NCBI GenBank assembly: GCA_963707955.1
Contig: OY970176.1
Location: 480,001 to 544,000 of the forward strand
Reading direction: 5' to 3'
Length of the DNA stretch: 64,000 nt
Source: Candidatus Bathyarchaeota archaeon
Lineage (GTDB): Archaea; Thermoproteota; Bathyarchaeia; Bathyarchaeales; Bathycorpusculaceae
A program made the position numbers and the translations under genes. The notes beneath the pieces were generated by a model that saw only the letters and a list, made by a program, of their open reading frames with translations, did no database searches and was not told the DNA's origin. This document shows positions 1-11,175 of the stretch, in pieces (the first letter of the stretch is position 1; each line of letters starts with the position of its first letter).

Positions 1-1
1 C

Positions 2-547
2 TTGCGGTATTATGCTGAACTCTATTTGACCCAGTACGCCTGTACCGTTGAAGGTCCAAGCAGGCGTAGGTTGCGTGTACGAGGCACCCCACTGTACTTC
101 CTGATGATTAGCATCTACAGGTGCAATTACTGGCGAAGGCGCTATGAGGCTTCCACCAGCGGCTACTGCACCAGCAAATACGTGGTCAGCTGGGAACCAG
201 GCGTTTACGTACTGTAGGGTGGCGTTGTTGTATACGAGGCCGATGCCCCAACCGAAGAGGTTCGAAATGCCGCCTGCCTGCACAGGGTTTCCAACGGTAA
301 TGTTCAGGAAGAACGTGTTGCCCGCGCTTGTGTCCGTAGTGGTGAAAATGAAGTTGCTAGTGCCCTGGTTTGCTACATCTGGCCCTGCATTCCATCTTGA
401 AGGATATGATGCAGGTCCCGGGTTGACGATATCGATGTAATCGTTTGCCTCTGGCTGAGCCTTTACGAAGTGGACGCTTGCTAACATTGACATCATAAGT
501 ATGGCAAGAACTGCTGTAGTTAACACTTTTAATGCTGCTTTATTCAT
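2..547 (-). CDS. Secreted cohesin-like domain protein (runs off the window start)
   Basis: Manual translation from ATG at 547: MNKAALKVLTTAVLAILMMSMLASVHFVKA (signal peptide)...TFFLNITVGN...NLFGWGIGLVYNNATLQY...NGTGVLGQIEFSII. Open to position 1; absent from the ORF track because it has no stop in the window. Confidence 0.75.
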   Translation of the reverse strand, partial: MNKAALKVLTTAVLAILMMSMLASVHFVKAQPEANDYIDIVNPGPASYPSRWNAGPDVANQGTSNFIFTTTDTSAGNTFFLNITVGNPVQAGGISNLFGWGIGLVYNNATLQYVNAWFPADHVFAGAVAAGGSLIAPSPVIAPVDANHQEVQWGASYTQPTPAWTFNGTGVLGQIEFSIIPQ

Positions 548-1306
548 TTTTCTTCTCCCTTCTCCTTTTATCAGCAATACCTAGTTCTCGCCTTTGGATT
601 TAAGTATTACGGAATTATCTTCTATCCACAAAAAGAACGCGAAAGAGGCGGATCTTCTTCGTCTCCATCGACGAAATTTAACGTTGAGAGTGCAGAAGGC
701 GACATCTTCCAGCGTGTCAACTGTTTTTCATGATTCTTCTATAATCTCCGGTAGACTTTAAAATATGCACTTAGACGCAGTTTCTGCAGGATTCCATTCG
801 GCTAAGCCGCAAATTAAAGCATCAATTATCATCAATTCAAGCCCATGAACTGACAACGGATAGATCAAGTCGCCGATCAACTGAGCTAATCCTTTGAGTA
901 TTGCCTTAGGCGCTTCCTCTTTCCAGAAAGGATTACCAGAGTTTTCCGCAAAAAGAGGGGGGAACCCTGGTTCTCCGATATCAGCTATAGCAACATTGAG
1001 GGAGATAGCAAGGGCGCTGAAAACCGCAACATTATGTGCTCCAGATAGGCCCTTTGGGAAGGAGTAGTCGAACGCTGCACTTATGAAGGAACCCACGTCC
1101 AATAGTTGGTCGGCAACATCGCGTGGTTAAAATGCCTCCGTGACTTGCAGGGTTAACACAGTGCTCCTTCATGTCTGATAGCCCGTGTTTCGTCTAATGC
1201 AACATGTCGATCATAGAAATATAGAAGAATTCTCCATACCGCCTAAATAAGCCGCAATTTCTCTTGTTTAAGGGGATAAGGAGAAAGCGCGCTACATTGA
1301 AGAGCG

Positions 1307-2683
1307 ATGGGAAGCGCGCTGATCCACCACGTGGTGAGGATGAGAATTAGGCTTCGATGGGCGGCTGCCCGAGCGCGGGCGCAAGCTACGATTTTGTTAG
1401 TCTTGGCAGTGTCAATCATTTTGATTTGCTCGCAGTTTCCAAGCTTGGTGCATGGTTCTGCCGCCGCAGAAACTGGCGCAGCCATTGATCTCTACACGAA
1501 TAAGACGCCCTTCAACGGCATGGGCGCAAACCAGTCTAGTGACGCTTTTGAACCTCAAGAACTGGTAGTTTTCTATGCACTTGCAACATACAACGGTTAT
1601 CCTGTGCAGCAGAAAGGCGTAGCCTTTGAGGTTAGTGGTCCACCAAATCCTTTCATAAACATCACGATCATAGGCACAGGAACGACTGACGAAAATGGAA
1701 CAGCAACATACTCATTCAGAATACCTTGGCCCTCTGAAATTCCCGAGGATGCAATCTTTGGGGAATGGAGTGCCATAGCCACTGTCAGCATCGGAGACCA
1801 AGTTGCAGTGGATAGTTTGACCTTTCGGGTCGGCTGGATAATCCAAATAACTGCGATTGCAACCTTGAACTCTCTGCTGCAGCCTCAATCAGTGTTCGCG
1901 CCGGAGAACCCGATAGTGTTTAACCTGACGGTAGAAAACATCGCAATGACACCAAAATATGCAACGATAACGATCGATGTGCAAGACGCGGGGCACCATC
2001 CAATAGTTCACATAGAAGTGGAAGACATGCTTTTCCAACCAGGAAGAAATAACTTGCGAGCAGCCTCACAGATTCCGATTTCTGCAGACATTGGTCTCGC
2101 AAACGTTTCAGCTGCCCCGTTCACGGCGCCCCCAGAAAGCGGAGGAGAGCTTTACAGTCCAGCCATATACACAACGTTTCAAATCGCCGCTGTAGACATT
2201 GCTGTAACAGACATCAAGTTGTCTAGCACGTCGGTTTTCGTCGGCGATACGCTTGGAATCGATGTCACTGTGGTCAACGAGAGCAACGAGTCGGCAGCAT
2301 TTGATCTGAGCACATATTACAATTCATCCGTCATTGAAACACGCCATGGTATTGAGGTAGAACCTTTCGCGCAAGAGACGTTCGCTTTCACTTGGAACAC
2401 GACCCAAGCTAACCCAGGCTTCTACCAGATAAGTGCCTCCGCGCCTCTTCCCAAAGACCCGACGCCTTGGGACAACACTCTCGTCGATGGAACAGTGCAA
2501 GTCAAGGCAGTGATGCCTCCGCCACATTTCCCAACATCTCAATGGCTGGTTTTCTCGATAATAGTCGGATTAGCAGTGGTTGCAGGTCTGATTATGCTGT
2601 TCCTCATCGTCTGCCTAGACAGGACCAGCAGAAGAAAGCGTCCGCGCCCAACCTACACTGTCATAGTGCGCCCCCACATTTAG
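1307..2683 (+). CDS. Membrane-anchored surface protein with Ig-like/CARDB domain
   Basis: N-terminal hydrophobic segment; CARDB-like DIAVTDIKLS...IDVTVVNE...FTWNTT...DNTLVDGTV; C-terminal TM helix with basic tail. True start may be downstream (about 1340). Confidence 0.8.
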   Translation: MGSALIHHVVRMRIRLRWAAARARAQATILLVLAVSIILICSQFPSLVHGSAAAETGAAIDLYTNKTPFNGMGANQSSDAFEPQELVVFYALATYNGYPVQQKGVAFEVSGPPNPFINITIIGTGTTDENGTATYSFRIPWPSEIPEDAIFGEWSAIATVSIGDQVAVDSLTFRVGWIIQITAIATLNSLLQPQSVFAPENPIVFNLTVENIAMTPKYATITIDVQDAGHHPIVHIEVEDMLFQPGRNNLRAASQIPISADIGLANVSAAPFTAPPESGGELYSPAIYTTFQIAAVDIAVTDIKLSSTSVFVGDTLGIDVTVVNESNESAAFDLSTYYNSSVIETRHGIEVEPFAQETFAFTWNTTQANPGFYQISASAPLPKDPTPWDNTLVDGTVQVKAVMPPPHFPTSQWLVFSIIVGLAVVAGLIMLFLIVCLDRTSRRKRPRPTYTVIVRPHI

Positions 2684-2888
2684 ATGGTTTTGCCTGAAGG
2701 AGACCAAGCACAGATCTCATGATCTTTACAGATGAATTTTCAATCAGCGTAGCGAAATCTCAATTTGAAGAGTCGATAATCAAATGGCGGACTTCTTCAA
2801 ATTTGCATTAGAATATGAGTGTGCGTGTTTCCGCACTGTGTAAGCACGCTTGTCTTCGATTTTTCTAGCCGAAGTCGTGTGTAGAGAC

Positions 2889-3140
2889 TTATTCGATAAA
2901 CCTCATCGATACGATGTTGTTCCAGACGCCCGTCGTTTTCAAGTATTTTCCCACGTATTCCTGAATCTGATAATCCGTGACTCTTCTCCCAACGATTACC
3001 GAACTCAAGTCAGGTTTGGGTCGGCTTCTGAATTTGGGTTTTATCTCTTCGCTGGGCACGTTCGGCTTCTTGATTACTTTTATTCGAAACCTCTCGTAGC
3101 CATGCTGGGGGCAGTGCGTCTCTATAAGCAGGGATACCAT
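2889..3140 (-). CDS. Small basic hypothetical protein, CPxHG family (paralog of 17584..17838)
   Basis: Ungapped similarity to the 17584 ORF (CPxHGxERFxIKVIKK...PKFR...IVSMR). Confidence 0.8.
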   Translation of the reverse strand: MVSLLIETHCPQHGYERFRIKVIKKPNVPSEEIKPKFRSRPKPDLSSVIVGRRVTDYQIQEYVGKYLKTTGVWNNIVSMRFIE

Positions 3141-3230
3141 CAGACTTCCTTCCCCCTCGTAGTATTTGTTAGATTGTGACCAAAATAAAAGGTTGTTGGT
3201 GGAAAAGTCTAAATATAAATTAGTCGAGAC

Positions 3231-3458
3231 TTGTGTTGGGTGGCTGAAATAAGCATCAGTTTGAAAACAATTCTGCTTATGGCAGTGGCGCTTTTCTTGA
3301 TAATCACTCTGCCCTTCTTAATCGTTTTGGGACTGTTTCTTCTGCCTGTTCCGGTTGCGATTTTGGCGGTGGTTATCATCGTGGTTGTCTGGTTTTATAG
3401 AATGAGAAAACGCGCTTCCACACCTGAAAAAGCAGATGACGAATTGCCCAACGCATAA
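3231..3458 (+). CDS. Small membrane protein
   Basis: Long hydrophobic stretch followed by a basic tail; TATA-like TAAATATA upstream. Confidence 0.6.
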   Translation: MCWVAEISISLKTILLMAVALFLIITLPFLIVLGLFLLPVPVAILAVVIIVVVWFYRMRKRASTPEKADDELPNA

Positions 3459-3483
3459 ACTGCTCAGCAGACAGAAAGGATAA

Positions 3484-4200
3484 GTGCAGGTTTACGTACG
3501 TACTTTTCAGGTGAAGATGTTGAAAAAGACAGTAACCACCGCTGTCGTTGCCGTTGGTTTGATACTTATCATAGGTGCAATTGCCTTGCTCGCCGCTTCA
3601 CAGATTACCGTCTTGAAAAACACTCAAAGGAAATCCGTTTTCACGTGGGACATAAGTGAACCTTTCAAAGCGGGCGAAACGTTGATACTGGAAATCAAGG
3701 CTGGAGGTGACTGGGGAAGTTTTTTTGCACAAGGGGCAGGTGAAGTTTATCCTGTCCAGCTATATGCTACCCTTCAGGCGAGCAGCGGAGGAGAAGCGAC
3801 TTTCTCTTGTTGGTACTATTCTTCAACGCTAACTTCGACAGGAGCGTTGGGAAGTCCTATTTTATCTCCGATTAACGCAACCGTGACAGAAAATAACGCT
3901 TCAGAATCTCTGGAACCCGTGTCAAACGCCAATGGAGAAGTCACTTGTCTCGTGAAAACAGACGTGAATGTGACGGCAAGCTTGGACAAAACTTCAGTCT
4001 ACGATAATTTCGGTTCCTTAACCCAAAGGGGGTCCCCTATTTCCGCGCCACAATTGACATTGTTGACAGACGTTCCCGCGTATCCTTACCCTTACCTTTT
4101 TGTCCCTGGGCTTTTCTTGGTCTCGGCTGGTCTATTGGTGCTTGCCTATGGGGTTTATGCAACCTCCAGAGGCGGCAAAAGGAGAAAAGTCAGAAGATAG
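3484..4200 (+). CDS. Hypothetical membrane protein with extracellular domain
   Basis: N- and C-terminal TM helices, basic C-terminus. Confidence 0.75.
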   Translation: MQVYVRTFQVKMLKKTVTTAVVAVGLILIIGAIALLAASQITVLKNTQRKSVFTWDISEPFKAGETLILEIKAGGDWGSFFAQGAGEVYPVQLYATLQASSGGEATFSCWYYSSTLTSTGALGSPILSPINATVTENNASESLEPVSNANGEVTCLVKTDVNVTASLDKTSVYDNFGSLTQRGSPISAPQLTLLTDVPAYPYPYLFVPGLFLVSAGLLVLAYGVYATSRGGKRRKVRR

Positions 4201-4580
4201 GCGCGCGCTACTGGCAAACATCTCAAAGACCTACAGGCGGTGACGCTGAAAGAGGTCCACAAGTTGATCCTTTAGTATCAAGCCGAGAAACCGTAAGAGC
4301 GCGCGTTAGAAAAGGCGATTAAGGATTTGCGAAGGCAGCAGACTAGTGTTCATTCTCTTTTTTTCTCTGAAACGTGGCGTGCGCAACTCTGTGTCTGAGA
4401 AACTGCTGGAGATTCGATTGACTCACGCGTGCAAACGGAACTTGTTCGTTTGCACACGAGGAACGTGAATCGACGTAAAAACGTGAACGCCAGATTATAT
4501 TGGACGCAACTGGGTTCATTTGTCGTCCACTCAAAAATCTTTGCGCAAGCGTTTTATCGTATACTAAAGTATTATGAACT

Positions 4581-7239
4581 GTGAGATGGAAATTGTTCAG
4601 GGATTTGCCTTCAGCAATCCTGCTGACGCTCCTGCTGACGCAGGGGATGATTTGGGCCTCTGCGGCTGGAACGTTCAATCTTCAGGGCCAAGGTCCTGTG
4701 TCCGTGCTGATGATTAACCCTCTATCTGGTGACGGCAATTTTGATTTTAGCTCTGCCGATTATCCTGTTAGCAGCAATTTCACAGTGGAGTTCTACATAA
4801 CAGAAGTCATGAACCTTTCCGCATGGCAGATCTACGTTTCATGGAATAACAGTATAATCCATTTTGGCGCGGCTTGGATACCGGAGCAGAACGTGTTCCA
4901 AGAAGCAATTAACAATGGGGCAACGCCGCTTGAGGCACAAGATCTTGAAATCAACAAGAGCTCCAACGTTGGATATTTTCTCTATGGTATGACCACGCTT
5001 TACATGCCGGACGTTTCCCACACGTACCCGGTGAACGTTACAGGTCAGGGATTGTTAGGCAGCATAAACTTCACAGTCGCCGTTGCTCCAGAAGAAGCCG
5101 AAGACCTAACGACGAACCTCGAAATGATAGAACAAACAACCGACGCCCCGCTTGGTTACTTCATGTCGTTCATACAGCTTTGCGAGGATGGAGCCGTCAC
5201 TTCGCCTATCGGAGTATCAGCTCAGCCAGCAGATATAACGATATATGGACCCGCCCCGACCATCCACATAAGAGACTGCAGGAAACGTTGACCCAGAGAC
5301 AGCGCCTATAACGCGCAACGGAGGTACTTACACCTTTACTGGAAACATCTCAAACATAATCACCGTGGAAAGAGATGACATCGTCCTTGACGGAGCGGGT
5401 CACACTCTTCAGGGCACAGGAAATGAAACAGGAATAAGCCTGACATCTAGAAGCAACGTTACTATCAATAACCTGCAAATCACGGGATTCAGCATTGGCA
5501 TACTTCTAAATTCTTCCAACACTGTCATAATTTCAGAAAACAACATAACAAACAACGATGGAGGAGTTAATCTTTTCAACTCTTCCGATAACAGTCTATC
5601 CTTGAACACTTTGTCAAACAACGAATATGGCGCTATGCTCGATTCCTCCTCATGTAATAACACCGTATGCGAGAACAACATAGCAAGAAACGGCCAGTGG
5701 GGCGTAGGCCTATGGTCCCAGTCCAACTGTAACAGCCTGCTTCAGAACACCATCGCAGACAACGGGTACGGCATCTGGCTGTGGAGCTCCTCCGACAATA
5801 ATACCATATCCGGAAACAGCATAACAGCAAACGGCGAAGGAGGCATCTGGCTGTGGATCTCGTCAAGCTACAACATCATCGTTGGAAACGACATAACAGC
5901 AAACAACTGGTACGGAATAGGCTTATGGTCCCAGTCCAACTGTAACAGCCTGCTTCAGAACACCATCGCAGACAACGCGTACGGCATAGAATTTTGGGAC
6001 CAGTCCTCAAGCAACGCGGTCTACCACAATAACTTTGTAGCAAACCAGAAACAGGTTCAGATTTTTAACTCCAGTAACCTGTTCGACAACGGGTATCCAT
6101 CAGGGGGAAACTACTGGAGCGATTATGTGGGCAACGACAGCCAGTATGGACCGGCACAAAACATTAGCGGTAGTGATGGAATAGGGGACACGCCACACCT
6201 GATGAGCGAAAGCAACGCTGATCATTATCCCTTAATGGCTGAATTCTTGGCCTTCAGCACTTCATCGGGATGCGACGTGGAAGCAATTTCCAACTCGACA
6301 ATACTGGATTTTCAGTATTTTAGCAGAAATAGCACCATCAGCATTCAAGTCTCAAACGCGACCAATGATCAAACTTACGGCTTTTGCAGACTTGGAATTC
6401 CGCGTTCAGTCCTGGTCCCACCTTACACAGTAACTGTCAGCGACAGCCCAGTGCAGTACGCCACCTTGTTGCAGAACGAGTCTTTCAGCCTAATTTACTT
6501 CACTTACCAACAGACGACACACGAGATCACAATACAAGGACAGGACATCACGCCGCCGACGATACTGATCTTACAACCCGAAAACAAGACGTACTCGGTG
6601 AACAGTACATCCTTAACCTTCACGGTTGACAAGCCGACTTCATGGATAGGCTACAGCTTCGACGGCCGAGCAAACGTGACCATCAACGGAAACGCCACTC
6701 TCGCGGACGTTAAAGATGGATTCCATGATATAATTCTCTACGCGAACAGCACAGCGGGCATCACGGGCTGGTCAAACATCACGTGGTTCGCAGTGGATAC
6801 GACCCCTCCAACAATCACTGACGTATACCAAGATCCACCTTCAAACGACGTGTCACCCAAAGACACCGTAAGGATCAACGTAACAGTCAACGACGGCGTA
6901 AGCGGCGTAAAGCAGGTCATTTTGAGCTACGCTACAAACAGCGGAACATGGGTTTCAGTCAACGCCACAAACCTGGGACAAAACATCTTCAACGCAGCCT
7001 TACCGCCATTCCCATCCGGCACGAATGTCACGTACATGGTGACAGCCATCGACAACGTCAACAACACAATCTCAACCCAGCAAATGGGTTACGAATATCA
7101 ATATCACGTAATCCCAGAACTTCCAACAATGCTGACTCTGTTCCTCCTCATGGCTTCAACCCTGTTTGCAACAATAGTCTACAAAAGAACAAGAATCAGA
7201 CAAATCAAAAAACACTGTCTCGTCCTCATCAGAGAGTGA
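4581..7239 (+). CDS. Cohesin-like + NosD/CASH right-handed beta-helix + Ig-like surface protein with PEF-like C-terminal anchor; +1 frameshift near 5274
   Basis: The two track ORFs (4581..5291, 5365..7239) join as TIHIR|TAGNVDPETAPITRNGGTYTFTGNI...VERDDIVLDG if one base near 5274 is removed. PbH1 repeats, GGNYWSDY...DGIGDTP, and VIPEL+TM+basic C-terminus. Confidence 0.8.
5711..5987 (+). repeat. In-frame internal direct repeat (about 64 bp, 213 bp apart) in the beta-helix coding region
   Basis: TATGGTCCCAGTCCAACTGTAACAGCCTGCTTCAGAACACCATCGCAGACAACG(G/C)GTACGGCAT starts at both 5711 and 5924. Confidence 0.9.
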
Positions 7240-7507
7240 AAAGGGCCTCGCTCAGTTGCCAACAGCGTAAAGATGCGCTTTGTCCATAAATGACTCTGAA
7301 AAGCGCGCGCCTCTACGTCTTTAACCGCAATTTGCCATCCGAGCCTTGGAACCGATTCATCTAACCGCCAACAGCACAAACCATTTTAGGAATCGAGGTC
7401 AGAACCGAAAATTCGGTCCACTTTTCTTCCAGCATCTTCAAAGCAAAATGAGAGTTGAGTAAAACCAAAAAAGTTTTTCATGCACTTCCAAGAGCGCTTC
7501 ACGTCAT

Positions 7508-7531
7508 AGCTTCAGGAACAAGCATGCGCGC
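7508..7531 (-). repeat. Copy of the dispersed GCGCGC-N6-GTTCCT intergenic element
   Basis: Minus strand reads GCGCGCATGCTTGTTCCTGAA; its first 18 nt are identical to the copy at 52698. Confidence 0.75.
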
Positions 7532-7588
7532 TCTGGTTTCCGCAAGGGTTATTTTAGAGTAAGGCATCTACAATTGTGAGAGAGAAAA

Positions 7589-8362
7589 TTGCTTAAGAAG
7601 ACAAGCTTTGGATTGTCGTCGGTGATGCTGTTAGCGATCGTGTCAGCAATGGTGCTTTCGGCTGCTTTCCATGCTGTGCCGGTGGAGGCACAAACATCGG
7701 CTGTTACTGGAGAAATTGTGAATCCACTCCTTGAAACCAATGATTTTGCTTTCAATTCGAGTGTTTATCCTTTTAACAGCACTTTTACTGTGGATTTCTA
7801 CGTTGCCAACGTGAGCAACATGGTGGCTTGGCAGATTTACATATCTTGGAACAACACCATGATCAATTATGACACAATTTGGATACCGGGGGTAAACTCT
7901 CCTGGAACCAACGTGTTCACACAAGCGTTTAATAACGGTGCAACGCCCATTCCGGCAGGTCCCAACGTTGCATTTGACACCACTACGAACACTGGGTACC
8001 TGTTTTATGGCCTAGCGAACTACTACCAGCCAGCTAATAATCACATGGTTGCTGTGAACGTAGAGGGCTTAGGGTTGTTATGCAGCGTGAACTTCACGAT
8101 TCAAGTAAATGTTGCAAGGGCCAACATTTTGCATGGGACGATAAATAATTTGGACTCAAGTTCGGGGCTGTCGACCTATTCTGCAGTATTTAATGCGAGC
8201 GATTATGAAACACAGATTTCAGCGGAGCCAGCGACATTGGAAATCTACGGGTCGGAGGCCTTAATCCTTGAATTTACACCTTGGATGGTCATGCCCTTTT
8301 TCATTGTGGCAACGCTGTTGGCAGTGTTGCTTCACCGAAGAAAGAATAGGTGGCCAAAATAA
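7589..8362 (+). CDS. Membrane-anchored cohesin-like domain protein
   Basis: Signal peptide; FTVDFYVANVSNMVAWQIYISWNNTMI...GLGLLCSVNFTI, paralogous to the N-terminal domain of 4581; ILEF+TM+basic tail. Confidence 0.8.
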   Translation: MLKKTSFGLSSVMLLAIVSAMVLSAAFHAVPVEAQTSAVTGEIVNPLLETNDFAFNSSVYPFNSTFTVDFYVANVSNMVAWQIYISWNNTMINYDTIWIPGVNSPGTNVFTQAFNNGATPIPAGPNVAFDTTTNTGYLFYGLANYYQPANNHMVAVNVEGLGLLCSVNFTIQVNVARANILHGTINNLDSSSGLSTYSAVFNASDYETQISAEPATLEIYGSEALILEFTPWMVMPFFIVATLLAVLLHRRKNRWPK

Positions 8363-8632
8363 AACCGTATGTGACCGCGCGGTCAGTTCCTACGTATTTT
8401 TTTCTTGTACGTGCCCAGTGCTTTTTCCAAGGCGTTCAGGGTATGCAAATTAGTCGCATTTGACTTTCCTACTCGGTTACTGGCGCACTGTACCTCCAAC
8501 TGTTTTGAGGAGAGGACTAGTTTTCCGAGAGTTTTTACGCAGTCTTCTTTCGTTTGCGTTTTGAATTTTGCAATGAATGCGTCTGCGATGGATTCTATCA
8601 ACCGTCAAGAAAAAGACGGTTTTGAAGCTTAA

Positions 8633-8667
8633 GAGCGCATCCCCGTTCCTAAATTCTTCTTTCTAGC
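8633..8667 (+). repeat. Degenerate copy of the dispersed intergenic element
   Basis: GAGCGCATCCCCGTTCCTAAATTCTTCTTTCTAGC versus GCGCGCTAGCGGGTTCCCAAATTCCCTTTTTCTAGC (copy at 45305). Confidence 0.65.
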
Positions 8668-8878
8668 TGCATCAGGTTCGAACACATCCTCAAAATGGCC
8701 CTGCCATCTCCAGACGCGCCCTCACTTTGGTGAAAACTTTTATACATTCACTCAACATGGCTTCCCGTATCCTGCATTGGTAATCATCCAAAACACCGCA
8801 GAGCTGGAGCGCAAACCAAGCGGAAACGAATTTAAGAACAAGCCAATGAGCTACAAGACTGTGGGTAGCTAGTAACCG

Positions 8879-9976
8879 TTAGGCCTTTCCAGTCACTGCA
8901 TAGCACGCCACGTAATGCCCTTTTCCGACGTCCACAAGCTGGGGCTCCTTGTGCGGGCACAGCCCGCTCATTGCACTCGGGCACCTCGGGTGGAAGCGGC
9001 ATCCGCTGGGGGGGTTTATTGGGCTTGGAACATCACCCTTCAAAGGAGCGCGTACTCTACGCTTCGTCGGGTCGGGCAGAGGTATTGAAGCCATCAAAGC
9101 CTGCGTGTACGGGTGTAAAGCGTTACGGAATATTTCATTGGTGTCCGCTAGCTCCACTATTTTTCCAAGGTACATGACGCCAACTCTGTTGCTTATTACC
9201 TCTACCACACTTAAATCGTGACTTACAAAAATGTAGGTGAGTCCTAGGTCTTTCTGCAATTTCACGAACATGTCAAGCAGTTGAGCTCTCACTGAAACAT
9301 CAACTGCCGACGTGGGCTCGTCCAGAACAACAAATTCTGGATGGGTCACAAGAGCCCTTGCCACAGCAACCCTCTGCCTCTGCCCGCCGCTGAATTCATG
9401 CGGGTAACGGAACAAGTGCCTCTCGCTCAGGCCCACTTCTTGCAACATTTCCAGCGTTCTGTTCCTGGCAAGTTGACCCTTCGCGACACCCTGCGCTATC
9501 AGCGGTTCAGAAACTATGTCTTTAATGAGCATTCTAGGGTCTAAAGAGGTGGTGGGGTCTTGATAGACTATCTGCATTTTTCTCCGCAACTGGCGCAACC
9601 TGTGACCCCTATACTTTGCCAAGTCTGTTTTAGACCGTAATATCCTCAAGCGATTCTTCATTCTTGAAAGTTCCTGTTTCTCTATGCCACTTGGGGGACC
9701 TGCGATTTTCTGCTCCAAATCGCCTATCTCTTTGAGCGTCGCCTGTGGGACATCAAGGTAGATTTGTCCAGAAGTTGCAGGGTAGAGCCTTATAATGGTC
9801 TTGCCCAACGTTGTCTTTCCGCAGCCCGATTCTCCCACGACCCCGAAGCATTCGCCCTTAAATATTTCAAGGTTCACGTCGTCCACGGCCCTCACATCCG
9901 CGACCCGTCTCCTAAAGACGCCGCCAAACACTGGAAAATATTTTTTAAGATGCCTAACTGTGAGCAGGGTGTCCAT
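8879..9976 (-). CDS. oppF: Oligopeptide/dipeptide ABC transporter ATP-binding subunit
   Basis: GESGCGKT, FSGGQRQR, LDEPT and C-terminal oligo_HPY region (HPYT...GCRFHPRC); GGAGG before ATG 9976. Confidence 0.93.
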   Translation of the reverse strand: MDTLLTVRHLKKYFPVFGGVFRRRVADVRAVDDVNLEIFKGECFGVVGESGCGKTTLGKTIIRLYPATSGQIYLDVPQATLKEIGDLEQKIAGPPSGIEKQELSRMKNRLRILRSKTDLAKYRGHRLRQLRRKMQIVYQDPTTSLDPRMLIKDIVSEPLIAQGVAKGQLARNRTLEMLQEVGLSERHLFRYPHEFSGGQRQRVAVARALVTHPEFVVLDEPTSAVDVSVRAQLLDMFVKLQKDLGLTYIFVSHDLSVVEVISNRVGVMYLGKIVELADTNEIFRNALHPYTQALMASIPLPDPTKRRVRAPLKGDVPSPINPPSGCRFHPRCPSAMSGLCPHKEPQLVDVGKGHYVACYAVTGKA

Positions 9977-9977
9977 T

Positions 9978-11175
9978 CTAGCTCCTCCGGTCATGGGACG
10001 TATAGAGGAAGCACGATGCGTAATGGTTTTCCTTCACTTCCACGAACGGCGGCTTCACCTCTCTACACACGTCCATTGCGTACCTGCAACGGTCATGGAA
10101 CCTGCAACCTGGAATAGGATTAATCAAGCTGGGAACAGTTCCGGGTATAGATTTCAACGGTTTTCCAGGGCTCGGTATTGATTCAAGCAACGCCTGCGTG
10201 TACGGGTGGATGGGCTCCGCAAAGATCTTGTGGACTTCGGCCATCTCAACTGCGTTGCCCGCGTACATTACGACGACACGGTCGCAAAGTTGAGCCACCA
10301 CGCCGAGGTCGTGAGTTATGTACAGGATGGAGGATTTTCTTCTCTCTTTGAGCGCTGACACGAGTTCAAGTATTTGGGCTTGCACGGTCACATCCAAGTT
10401 TGTTGTGGGCTCGTCGCAGATCAGCACCCTAGGATCACACGCAAGAGCCATGGCTATTACCATGCGCTGAGCCATGCCGCCGCTGAGCTCGTGGGGATAC
10501 ATGTGTGCCACTCTTTCTGGATCTGCAATCTGCATATCTTCGAGTAGTCCTATAACTTCCTTGTGAACTTCTTTCTTCAACAGCTTCCCAAATCTACGGA
10601 CAATTGGCACTTTAGACAGAAATCTCACGTAGCGATCGTTAGGGTTCTTTGCCATCCTCTTGTAAACGCTGATGTTGAACTTAAGGATCCTGTTCAAGAA
10701 TGGATCAGCTTGATAAAGCAGGCTTTCCCCTCTTCTTGCGTATTCCTCGGTCAGCTGATCCAGTACTCTCCGAGCAAATTCTTGTTTCCTGTGAACCATG
10801 ATCACTTCGGTGATCTGGTATTCCACGTTGTACACTGGATTGAGATAGGCCCTTGGCTCCTGAAAAACCATTGATATTTCATGGCCTCGGATTGTCCTCA
10901 GAAAGTCCTGCTTTTGATTGAGCAGATTGAGTTGCTTTCCTTTATAATCAAATAGTATTTGCCCGCCCTCTATTTTTCCCGGTGGCATGACGATGCCCAT
11001 CAGTGCCAGGGCCGTGACGCTCTTGCCGGCAGCCGGTCTCACCAACGACTCCTAGAACCTCGTCTTCTTTGAGGTATAGGCTCACGCCGTCCAGTGCTTC
11101 GACAACACCTGCGTACGTGTAGAAACGCAAAACCAAACCGTCAAACCTTACCACTTGCCCGCTTTCCAATTTCAT
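9978..11175 (-). CDS. oppD: Oligopeptide ABC transporter ATP-binding subunit; +1 frameshift inside Walker A
   Basis: GETGC|C|GKSVT with an extra base at about 11028; LSGGMAQR, CDEPT, HPYT; ATG overlaps the oppC stop (ATGA). Confidence 0.9.

Noticed and set aside
600-1240. Minus-strand ORF 758..1102 and its flanks
   Set aside because: No recognisable motif, and stops interrupt the neighbouring sequence. It may be a decayed gene, but I cannot support a call.
8383-8632. Short overlapping ORFs between the cohesin-like gene and oppF
   Set aside because: No motifs, RBS or promoter support.
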